DNA from: Calcarisporiella thermophila CBS 279.70
Taxonomy: Eukaryota > Fungi > Calcarisporiellomycota
NCBI RefSeq assembly: GCF_041956535.1
Contig: NW_027192194.1
Location: 550,545-614,544 of the forward strand
Length of the DNA: 64,000 nucleotides
Direction: 5' to 3'
Made by a program: the position numbers and the translations under genes. This document shows, piece after piece, positions 51,601-64,000 of the stretch. The first letter of the stretch is position 1; each line of letters opens with the position of its first letter. Below the pieces are notes generated by a model. That model was not told the origin of the DNA. It did not search any database and was given only the letters and a program-made list of their open reading frames with translations.

Positions 51601-52187
51601 GACGTTGGCTAGGGTCCAATTGCTCCAATCTCAAGAGATTATTTATTAGCTAAAATTTTAGTGATTTTATATCTGCGATTTAACTAGTTTCATTGTGGCA
51701 ATCAAACTTCGGGAATTAAATTTTTGACACGATCTGAGAGCTGGCCGCTTATCCCATTTTACTATGCGATTGCTTCATTGTGGAATTTTCAACTATATTC
51801 GTTAGTTAGAAGTAGGATCCTAAAACCTCGCAGTAACTCCCATTCAGTGACAAACGTTCCCCCAATAAATCATACAACGTCCTCTGCCTTTTTCATCCTC
51901 CTATTGTGATTTGAATATGGTCAACTCCACCCATATCTCTTCTAAACCAAGCATAGCCTTGTGATTTGCTTTTATATAGATTTATAAATTTGAAGCTGGA
52001 TGGTTATCACAGATATGAACATATTTTTAAAGAAAAAATATTGTACAGAAAATAAATACACCAATGAAAAGTAAAATATTGAATATAATGAAGAGAAGGC
52101 CTTATGATAAAAAAAAAAGGCTATACATTCGATTGAAATTGCAAGAAAAAAAACTATAATACTAAAACACCAAGAATGATACTCGAA

Positions 52188-52782
52188 TTAGAGATCACAA
52201 AACTGTCCTGTCAGAATTGCATGCCCCATGGGGGATTTCGGTCTCTGCCCTGCTGTATCCTCAATTTTCACAGCGTCGAGCCGTGATTTGTGTGAGTCAC
52301 CTAGGAATTGCGGTTGTGATTGAGGCTGCTGCGGTTGCTGCGGTTGCTGAGGCTGTTCATGAGAAATGTGATCCTCTCTTGAAAATACGACTTCAGGCAC
52401 TGTCATGCTTCTCTGGCGACGGAAGATGGGATTACCTGAAGAATTCACCACATTAGAAAATGAATCCTGGATGAAAAAGGTTAGATTAACCAGCTGGAAT
52501 TCGTGTCGAAAAAATATATGAAATTACCTGAAAACTTGCTGGAGGCGAGCCCGACAAACCAAAAGAGGATCTCCGCTGGAGAATGTTGGCTGTGATGCCA
52601 CCTTGGGCCCCCAGTGATCCAAACCGACCATTTGCTGTTTGCTGACCGCCAGTGGGCGAAGTAGGAGAACTCACAACTGCCGAACCATGGCCAAATAAGC
52701 TACCAAAAGGGCCTGCGAAAGAGGCGCGACGGTTGCGCCCCGGGATTGTGAGGGGAGAGGGAGGTTTGTCATTTCGATCCAT
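52188..52782 (-). CDS. Small Ser/Gly-rich conserved fungal hypothetical protein, 2 exons
   Basis: RRASF, RRSSF, RQRSMT; C-terminal RPKSPMGHAILTGQF; GT donor near 52527. Confidence 0.7.
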
Positions 52783-54022
52783 TTGTGATTGCGGCGTTGT
52801 GGTTCGTAGATGTGAGCAATCAATGACGAAAATGAGAGTGAAATCAAAAGAGTAAGAATATTAAAAGTGCGAAAAAGAGGAGAGAGGGAAAACGAGGTGA
52901 GAAAAAATAAAAGACTACAAGAAATAGAAATTTTGGATCAGCGCCGTTCAGAGCTTTGTATCAGATCTAAGCAAATTAGGGTAGGTATAAGAAGATTTGT
53001 GACAGGCATTCAAGTTTCTAGCTATATTCATTAGAGCTCACGCGAATTCCCCCCTATACATCGCACTTGACTATAAAGAAGTTAGTGACGTACCTGCTCC
53101 AATGCTTACGCATTCAAGCATAGAATTCGACCTCTCCCAGCCGATATCAACCAATGCATAAATGTGTACATTGTATACTGTTATTTTTCACCAAATTGCA
53201 GATTGTATCATAATTACGCATAATGCACACTATCTTTATTGTCATGTCTACATTGCGTATAAAGTTGCGCCAAATTTTGATATAGAAACTTATTGCAAAG
53301 CTGGCAAATAAATAGTCCTCAACAACGGAGTACTAGTTAAAAAAGAATCAATCAATCCTTAATGGGTCAGAATCTCAGTGGTATTGTTTAGACTATTGAA
53401 TATCCAGCGGGAAATTGAACGAATAACATGTATAGTCTATGTTGTCCCAGCTTCTTTGCGCTGATATAACTTTATTATATATTTCAAGTAATATATTAAT
53501 TATCAATATAAGTAATATACAGGACTATATTTAAATTGCAAGCTTTTCCTTAAGCAAATAAAGAATAATGCAGACCGTGGGTTTATAGATTATAGCATAA
53601 CAATTCAAAACCCAGTGCTTCCAAATAGGAACTTACCGACTAGATATAATACCTCAAATTTCCTTCAACAATTCTTAAAATGCCAGGTCTTAGTAGCGGT
53701 GAATCTTTGTTTCCTATTAAACTCTCGTGCATTATGAAAAATGAAGGTGCAGGATATATAGTAAGAGCTAACTTTGTTTTCGAAAAAAAAGCCGAGCTAG
53801 TGTTTAATAGAGGAACAAGAATCGTAGCGACTGAGCAGTTAATATATTTAAAAATTGACCAATAATTGCTGGTCACACTTGAATCCATCAAACTGCCCTC
53901 AACTTCATCCTTCAACAAATTCTCCAAATTCACATGTTGCGCCTCAATCCCTTTGTTTTGTCCCCTCCTCGCTTCCCTTCTCAAATCTGACATATACCTA
54001 TCATTTACAAGAAGCACATAAA

Positions 54023-55367
54023 ATGCCATCCCCTCCAAAACCTTGGGAGAGATCTGGAGCCAACAACATAACATCTTCAGTCTCTTCCACTGTTGCGTCT
54101 TCACCCACCGCTCTCTCACAAGAATTTAGTAATGAAATTGAATCATCTCCGCCCGCTCTTCCCTCACGTCCTTCCACACTAACTACCACTCGTCGTAAGT
54201 GTTTTTTTATTTCACCCTTTTACCGATTGCCTAGTTATACGTACCTGCTGATCAACTGTATCGGAGCTCTTCGGATCATTTTTTTCTCTTATTTACTCTT
54301 ACTAATCTATATATTTTTTTGCAGCTTACGGAGCAGGGTATGGATCAGGTCTTAGCTATGGATCTGGATACTCACCATACTCTAGCGGCTATGGAGGCGG
54401 CTACGGAAGTTATTCATCTCCTTACTCACGATACGGCTCCTATGGTTCATACGGCACTTACGGCGGTACCTACTCACGATATGGATATGGTGGGAGTATG
54501 TACGGCAGTGGCATGTACGGGGGCGGAATGTACGGAAACCGCTTTAATAACGGGCCATTCCCTGGGCAGAATCCAGATGAGCCCTCTCTGATGCAGACTA
54601 TGGAGCAGAGCACAGCGGCCACCTTCCAAGTTATCGAGCAGGTTGTTTCGGCATTTGGAGGGTTTGCTCAAATGCTCGAATCGACCTTCTTTGCAACCCA
54701 CTCTTCATTTATGGCAATGATGGGACTTGCAGAGCAGTTTGGCCATCTGCGAAACTTTTTGGGGCAGATACTGGGCGTATTCACACTTATTCGATGGGGA
54801 CGAAAGCTACTTCACTATCTCACAGGAATCAAGCCGCCGGCAAATGTACAGGGAATTAACCCACAGGATTTCAAAAAGTTCGAGCAGCGACCCCCCATTT
54901 CAAAACGCCCCATCGTGGTATTCCTGCTGGTTGTGGTTGGACTTCCATACCTCATGTCGCAAATCATCCGGACCCTCTCACGCAAGCGATTAGAGCAAAA
55001 ATCCCAGCAGGCCTCGGATGGCACCCCCGTCAAGGACCCCTATTCCCAGCAGTCTCAAAAGCCCATTCGCCCGCACGACCTTGAGTTTGCACGCGCGTTG
55101 TATGATTTCCGGGCAGAATCGCCTGCGGAATTGTCTCTGAAGCAGGGAGACATCGTTGCCATTCTATCCAAGACTGACCCCGCCGGTGCACCATCACAAT
55201 GGTGGCGGGGTCGCACTCGTGCGGGAGCACAAGGCTTCTTCCCGTCCAACTACGTAGAGATTATACACAAGGGAGGAAACTCGAATGAGCCCAGGAAAGA
55301 ACTGCCTCCCACACCAGAGCCCGAGAACCATGACCCCGGAGTTATGGAGAGTACTAAGCTAAAATAA
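54023..55367 (+). CDS. PEX13: Peroxin 13
   Basis: MPSPPKPWE, YG-rich region, AFGGFAQMLESTFFATHSSF, SH3 ARALYDF...WWRGR...GFFPSNYV. Confidence 0.97.
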
Positions 55368-55781
55368 ACTAAATTAAACTGCTCTTTTATATTATATTTG
55401 TTTGCTCTATGTTGATGTACTATATGAATTCTTCTTCCCTTATTTGCATAACCATTTAGTTTTTATTGCTCCTGAAACTTCTCAACGAATTTAATAAACC
55501 AGCTCTATTATTTTAATACCTTTGCCTTAATTTTTTATCTCTTCCCCTTCTTTGGCGATAGAAGTAAGAGTATTTGCACAAAATGGCTATGGGATTTCCT
55601 AGTTGATCTTTTGACGTGCAATATATATGTTTATTGTAAGAACAAAAAACGTTGGATTCTAGCATCATCTTCTACTCTATAGGATAGTGCATATTTCATA
55701 ACTCGTGTCAATAAGGAAAGCATACAAAGAGTAGATACGGTTTTATTCTCGATAAAATACAATGTTCCTACATTTATGAAA

Positions 55782-58700
55782 TTATAGCAAATCTTTCACA
55801 AGCAATGGCTTTCTAACCGCATTGGAGAAGCCCTCGTGGAAACGATACCAGACTCGTGTGGTTTTGTTTTTCTTCTCTAGCGTCTTATGAGAGGCTGCGT
55901 TGAGGATAAACAAAGAGAGAGGGAGAATTACGACTCAAGCTTAACTTGTTAGGAGATAGACGTGTGTTACCTTTCTCTTCAGCTTCCTCGTCAATAATAA
56001 TAGGCCGTCCAAAAAAGTCTGTGGGTGGCTAAAGGCGTGTATGTGTTAATTGGGATATTCATGGAAAATAGTCGAATGGAATGAAACTCACTTTCTCATT
56101 CGGCTGGCTCTTCTTTGTCTCTACTTTAAGCAGCGCGCTAGTAGAAAAACTACGGTTAGACAATAACAATTATACCTTTGCTACATAACCAACGTACCCT
56201 GTATCATTAGCTTGCTGTTTTCCGGAACGTGCTTCCGCGGCCGCGAAACTGCGGCGGATTTGTTCTAATTCAATCTAAATCAATGATATTCGGTGAATAA
56301 TTGAGCTTATAACAAAGGTGTTATCCACAAAAGAACAGTCTACCTCCTGGGCAATCAACTGCCGTGCAGCATATCGGCTTGGAAGGATACCTTTAGGGGT
56401 TACGTTTGAGAATTGTAGGAGCTTTTCTATAGGTCTATGTGTACTGTTACATCAGCATACAACTTTTTACCCAGAATATCAACGGTATACTAACGGATCA
56501 ATTCTGTACGTGAACTGCCCATCCTCCGACTTCTCCTGAATGTATGTCAAACCAAACGCAATCATCACCTCAACAAGGCGCATTAGTATCGCACGCTCCG
56601 CGGGTTTAATGAGCTGGCGATTTACCTACAGAGGAAAAAGAGTTAGCAATCGCTCCCTAAAGCAGTTGCATTTGCATTTGCAAGCGGATATCTAACCGGC
56701 CGAAGATCAGGCGAAACGATACGAAGCAATGGAGAAAGGAACTCGGTGGCAAAAATTCTTTTGTTGAGGTTTACCCGAATTCGTGCTTCAATGCTGTTAT
56801 AAAGCCCCGTGATTATATTCTGGTTTTCTTTCTGGGCCAAGTAGTTCTGTCAGGGCCCAAAGCAACATTATTATCCACTCTAAGACAAGATATAAACGAC
56901 AAGAATACCTCATAATCCACTTTGGGAAATTCCATTTTCGGCTTGATACTTCCTGCGAAATGTCGGTGGAACGCAACAATTGGATAGGGTATGTAGCCGG
57001 CTAGCTGGTAATCATGGAGGCCATTTACATAGTGGTTGACCCGATCATAAAAGCAAAGCCAATCGCCTATATCAACGAGCTTCGAACCAGCAGTATCATG
57101 GAACCGCAGCAGAAGATAGTTTTCAAAGCATCCTAAATGCAAAATCAGCACCCAAATATATGCAAAGACGCTCAAAAAACGTTCTTGCCTTGCAAAATCT
57201 TCTCATAGTCCCCATTACTGTGGATGGTTTCAGCCAGAGGCTCGACATATTGGTTCATTGCATAGTCTACTTATGCGTTTGGGGGTTGAGTATCTTTCGT
57301 CCAGCATTTAAGCAGTGCAAAATAAAAATCACTGACCGTTTCCTTGATTCTTCCCCACTATCCTCTTATTATTTTTGGCGAGATAGAATATTTCGTCCCA
57401 CACCGAAAACAAACTCTTCCCCACATCCTTTCTCCCGATGGAGGTTTCAGAAAGCATGGCCATCGTCAGCGGGGTATCATTCTCTTTAAAGAACTTGTAG
57501 CAATATTCATCATTAATAGTTATTTCACTTGCGACAAAAAATAACTAAAAAATGCACTTACTTGAAGTGTATTCAAACAACTTCTTATATCGCAATCGGT
57601 CATTTCACACAGCGCGCTTAATGTTCGCATATCCACAGTGAGCCCCTCCCGGTCGCAGATATCCTTTAAGCGCTTTGCGATATCTGAGACATATGGCTTC
57701 CTGAACTGGTATATTTGTGATATTATTCGCAGGGGGCGCAATACGGGCGCATATCTGTCGAAATAAAGTGGCCTTAGTATGCACTGTGGTTGACCGAAGA
57801 GTAAAATAGATTGAGACAAACAGATCATTGCAAACGCAAATAATAGGTCGCATCAAGGGTTTTTTGCAGTCGTCTTTCTTTTTAGCCCCTAGTAATATCC
57901 AATAACAATCAGCATTTAATCCTTCATGCCGGCACAAAAGACACTCACTCTTGTTCAAAGTCGGCCCTTGGCCGGACTTTAGATTTGATTTGGGCTCTAC
58001 AGTGATGAGGTCGATGAGAGATTTGATAAAACTCTGGAGAGGTATAGGGAGGTTAATAACTAATCCAAATATTCTAAAAACTGGTATACAAACATCATTT
58101 CCTCCGCTTGAGGATACTCCATCAATCTCATCGATAATCAATAAATTGGGTTTGTTCTTGCCGACCACCGACTGCATCTCCGTTGCATTGCGTACCTTGT
58201 TGCGCACAGCTTCTCCTGTGCGATCATCACTGCGCATTTGGAAAATGATTCCTTTAAATGTCCTCGGGAAATCTCGATACAAATGCAACAAAATTGATTT
58301 CATACCTAGCATTTATCTCGATCACTTCATACCCAGCGTGTCGGGCCACAATATGGGCCAAAGTAGTCTTGCCATAGCCCGGTGGCCCCGTCAATAGCAG
58401 CACTTTCTTCTCCGGTCGCTGGAAGGGGTCGAGATTTTCTCGATGCTAAATTAGAAAAGCAGGGACATATTTATATATATACATAAATGTATCGTTATGC
58501 TTCGCAATAAGTCCACATACCATTGAATTTACGTTCTTGTATTTTCCTTTGTATTTGTAGCGTGGCTCTACTTTTTTGGGATTCTTTTTCCCGAATACGC
58601 AAAAATCCCACTCTTTCACCCAACTTAGAACTTCACGATTGATCCTCTAATTATAGTAACAATTAATAGCGATCACGGAATTGGATCCCAAGTACAATAT

Positions 58701-60000
58701 CTCTACCGTATCTCCAAGTAAATCCAAGAAAACTCTTGGCCGATATTTATCTACCCACAAATTATGGGGTGTGCCTGCATTTAGGGCATCCTCTTCATCA
58801 ACTTCAGCAAACCTGCGTTGTTTGAAGATGGTCTAGAGTCGGATTAGGAATCTAAAAAATAATCGCGCCATTTTACCTCTTGAGCACTTCATGCTTAGTG
58901 GTTCGATGCTCTCGCGTCTTTTCTTCGTCCACTTCTTGTAACATACGATATACTGATACAGGTAACAATTGCGCTTTATACTTTTGTATCATGGCAGTTG
59001 AAGTCTGTCATCACAAAGAGATAGCATAACTATAGGATCCTTTTTAATAAAAGTCTGCTTTTCTTTACCTTGGTATTAGTATTCTTTTGATATCGTGGTA
59101 GCATGATTTCTCTCCCATTAGATCCTCTGGCAATTACATAGCTGCCGGTACGGGACGAGTTGGGAAAATCTTGCCACATCTTTGCTATTGGCACTACATC
59201 CTCATCTGGTAGAGATGCATTAATATTGGTGGAATGTAGCCTTTTTTTTGGTCGCTCTAAATCTATGCAGACGTGTTAACCGGATTATGGTCAAAAGATA
59301 TCTGATATGCCATCTGTGATAATACCTCCATCGTTTAAAGGGTTTCTACTAGAGATCTCTTCCAATTCGTGTAATTGATTCTCCAAGAGCATTTCAGCAG
59401 CTGCATCCTCAAATGCGCGCTTTTTGCTCTCACTATCCATCACAATCGACGCTCTCGCCTCGTCCTGCTCTACTATCTCTACTATTTTATTTTTCTTCGT
59501 ATACTTTTGCTTGCGGACACCAGTTTCTGTCTCGTCTAAATCCCGAATATTTTCTAGACTCGTCATTGACATCAAAGACTCGCTGGTTATCTCCGGTTCA
59601 ATCGACATTTCCCTCCCCTCCTTTTTCACAATAGCCATGATTCAAGCATATAGGATAGTTAGATTGGGTTTATTGCTTAAGGGTCGGCCAATGAATACCT
59701 GATTAGGACTTGGAGTTTGCACTACTGAATCGAATAGGCTATGGTTAACTAAAAGGGAGTTTTTGCCGAGTTTTGGTCCATGTCTCGCTTCCGCAGGCCG
59801 GAACTCTCCGTTTTTTGGTACTATTATGTGCACCTCTTGTTAGCCAATTTTCCATTAGGTTGAATGTGTATATAGTATTAAGAAGACCATGCATTACCAG
59901 TTTGCCCGCGGGCTCTTTCTTCTTCGTCGAGTTCAGAATAAACAATATCACTGTACTGGGAACTCAAGCTATCCTCTCTCGCGACGGACGGGAGCGTCAT
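55782..60000 (-). CDS. CTF18: Chromosome transmission fidelity protein 18 (alternative RFC large subunit)
   Basis: LWVDKYRP, Walker [48 protein letters not shown]-terminal [13 protein letters not shown]; ATG at 60000 inferred from two frame-consistent 5' introns. Confidence 0.93.
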
Positions 60001-60271
60001 TGTCTTGTAGGTCCCGATTATGCAAGTCAAATGAAAAAACGCGATATCTTTTACGTGATTGAATTTTTTTCGCGATTAGGGTAGGTTTTAAAATGACGGG
60101 ACTGGCTTTCTTACAAAAAGGCAGTCCAAACCCAAAACACAAACATAAAAAGAATAGCAATTTTTTTCTCTTCTTTTTTTTTTCTTTCCCGTTTGTTGGC
60201 ATTGCAACACACGGGGTAACCTCCACTCTTTTCTACTATTCACATCTCACTATCTAAAGAACTATACACCA
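60001..60271. promoter_or_regulatory. Bidirectional promoter CTF18/URA7 with CGCG elements
   Basis: 271-nt head-to-head gap containing AAAAAACGCGA (about 60034-60044) and TTTTTTTCGCGA (about 60064-60075). Confidence 0.55.
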
Positions 60272-62221
<1,950 letters not shown>

Positions 62222-62889
62222 TTTTGATGCTTGTTTGTTTTACTGTTTGATGTTGGTCAGTTTTTCTTTCATTTCCCCCTCTTTTTTTTCTATCCCATTA
62301 GTTTAGATTAAAATATAGATTGTATATATGAATACCAAATAAAGGCGAAATGATCCAAAACCTATTCGAGAGCTCTTAACGTGAAACCGTTTTATTATTC
62401 AGATTTTTTTTCTCCTTTTTCATTTTTCTCACATTTCAAAATATATATATATAAGTATATAGATAAGCAGCTACCCATATATAAAAAATAATAAAGATAA
62501 AAATAAAATATATAATTACAAAGTATGTCTAATACAAAAAAAAAATAAAGAGGAAAATAAAATAAATTCAAAAGCAAAAAAGAAACAAAAACCTGAAATA
62601 GATATTTTGTGCAGAATGTGACACTATAAAAAACAAGTACGTACAGAAAGACATAGAGATAAGTGTATTCGCTAGAAGTCCATCATCTATGAATTGCCAA
62701 AGTAAAAAATACAGCGTCAGCAGCAGCAGTTGTTATAGAGACGTGAAGCCGGTGTCTCGAACACCTGTCTCAAATAATGCAAAGTGTTGGGAGGAAGGCG
62801 GGGGGCCATAATTACACCGGTAGGGGGATACGACATATCGATCCTCAGTATGGATATGATGATGTTACTCTCGCTTCTTTAAGCGCCAG

Positions 62890-64000
62890 CTAGGAAGCCT
62901 CATTGAAGAATTGGTCGTATTGATCCAAGTCTGCGGCGGAGACTTTCTCAGGGTCATTTAGGTCGGCCCAGTCCGGCAGTTCGTCCAGAGCGGAGAAGTC
63001 ATGGGCCGGAAATGAGGTACATGGAATCTCCCCTGCAGTTGCCGATGTTTTGGGCGATATCCAGGCCATCTGCTCAGGTGCAGTGAATGGTACAGAGGCG
63101 CGACGAAGAGGATAGGGTGGGCGGAGAGCTTTTTGCTCCAAGTTAGACGAAGAGTAGAGGTTGGCGTTGGCGGGACACTTTAGAGCGGGGGGCAAATCAC
63201 GAGTATGTGCTACGTAGGGTTGTGCACTCGAAGTAAACTCGATCTCCTCCTCCTTTGTGGGGGGATTGTATGGGAAGAAATCCTCATCGCAACCAAGGTC
63301 CCCGTGCATCATCTCCTCATAATAGTCAGAGTCTTGCAAATCAGTCGAGGTTAAGGCAGACACTGGAGAGGCATCGTCGTTGGTCGGGGTGAGGGGCTGT
63401 TGCGAGAAGATTCCACGGTCTTCCACGTCACTAGGAGAATTCGGGGTGTCTGAAAGGGAGTTGGACGAATCAGAGGAGGATGTGGATTGTTTTGACAGGA
63501 ATGGGACCACTTGTTTAGGCGAGCCCTGCTCATAGTCATCTCCGTAGTCATTACCAGCGTCTGAATCGCTCAGCTCATCCTCTAAACCTCTGGAAGGCTG
63601 CCAATTCTCCTCATCCCACACTGGATCGGGTCGAGCCTCATACATACGGCGTTTATTATGAGGCGGCGAAGGAGGAGGAGTGGCAGGCCGCTTCCGAGAC
63701 TCTAGATATCCCCTCTCTTCATGCTCTCCATCCAAGACAAAATGGGAGGGCGGGGGGGCAAACTTGCCAGATATGCGGGTGTGTTCAGGTGGCAGTTTGG
63801 GAGTTGATACTTTGCGGCCGGGTGGTCTTCTTTGCTGTTTTGAATCTATTGATTCGGCATTGGATTCCTTCTCGGCAATGTAATAGCGGAACTTCTTGCC
63901 ACGCTGTTCGTCCTGCAATCGCCCAAGGACCGGTTGGCGTCTGTGCTCGGCTGCTCGTTTGTAGTGCTGCGAGATACGAGAAGAAACGGTAGCAAATGGA
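62890..64000 (-). CDS. Partial gene (5' end outside the window): GDS1-like winged-helix domain plus long disordered acidic tail
   Basis: Frame open from the window edge: PFATVSSRISQHYKRAAEHRRQPVLGR...KFRYY resembles the recalled GDS1-type winged helix; low-complexity S/P/D tail. Confidence 0.6.
   Translation of the reverse strand, partial: PFATVSSRISQHYKRAAEHRRQPVLGRLQDEQRGKKFRYYIAEKESNAESIDSKQQRRPPGRKVSTPKLPPEHTRISGKFAPPPSHFVLDGEHEERGYLESRKRPATPPPSPPHNKRRMYEARPDPVWDEENWQPSRGLEDELSDSDAGNDYGDDYEQGSPKQVVPFLSKQSTSSSDSSNSLSDTPNSPSDVEDRGIFSQQPLTPTNDDASPVSALTSTDLQDSDYYEEMMHGDLGCDEDFFPYNPPTKEEEIEFTSSAQPYVAHTRDLPPALKCPANANLYSSSNLEQKALRPPYPLRRASVPFTAPEQMAWISPKTSATAGEIPCTSFPAHDFSALDELPDWADLNDPEKVSAADLDQYDQFFNEAS

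Noticed and set aside
56380-56395. GTATCCTT (U12-type 5' splice site) on the minus strand in CTF18
   Set aside because: Lies within continuous coding sequence ([12 protein letters not shown]); no minor-class intron was found among the junctions examined.

Overview
Gene-dense (about 25 protein-coding genes in 64 kb), intron-rich eukaryotic DNA from a fungus. Short ~55-95 nt GT-AG introns, Zn2Cys6 factors and CHS7 occur together with DONSON and CDK10, which points to an early-diverging (non-Dikarya, Mucoromycota/Zoopagomycota-like) lineage; that placement is inference. In order: DONSON, Zn2Cys6 TF-A, YTP1-like, CBS-domain protein, APD1, DDHD phospholipase, RRM-only PPIE-like, ADP/ATP carrier, a U3 snoRNA gene missing from the ORF track, a small mitochondrial DUF6787-like protein, CorA-family transporter (GTN motif), SulP transporter, OAC1, a double-MHR Zn2Cys6 TF, ankyrin/coiled-coil protein, SYG1/XPR1, CDK10, CHS7, PHD protein, NCA2, Zn2Cys6 TF-B (inverted paralog of TF-A), small conserved S-rich protein, PEX13, CTF18, CTP synthase and a partial GDS1-like protein. 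No tRNA, rRNA, CRISPR array or intact transposon was recognised. The most notable signals are the animal-type replication/cell-cycle genes (DONSON with NPF motifs and a CGCG promoter element shared with CTF18; CDK10) and a U3 snoRNA with a divergent box A. All family calls are by-eye motif recognition with manual splicing, not database searches.
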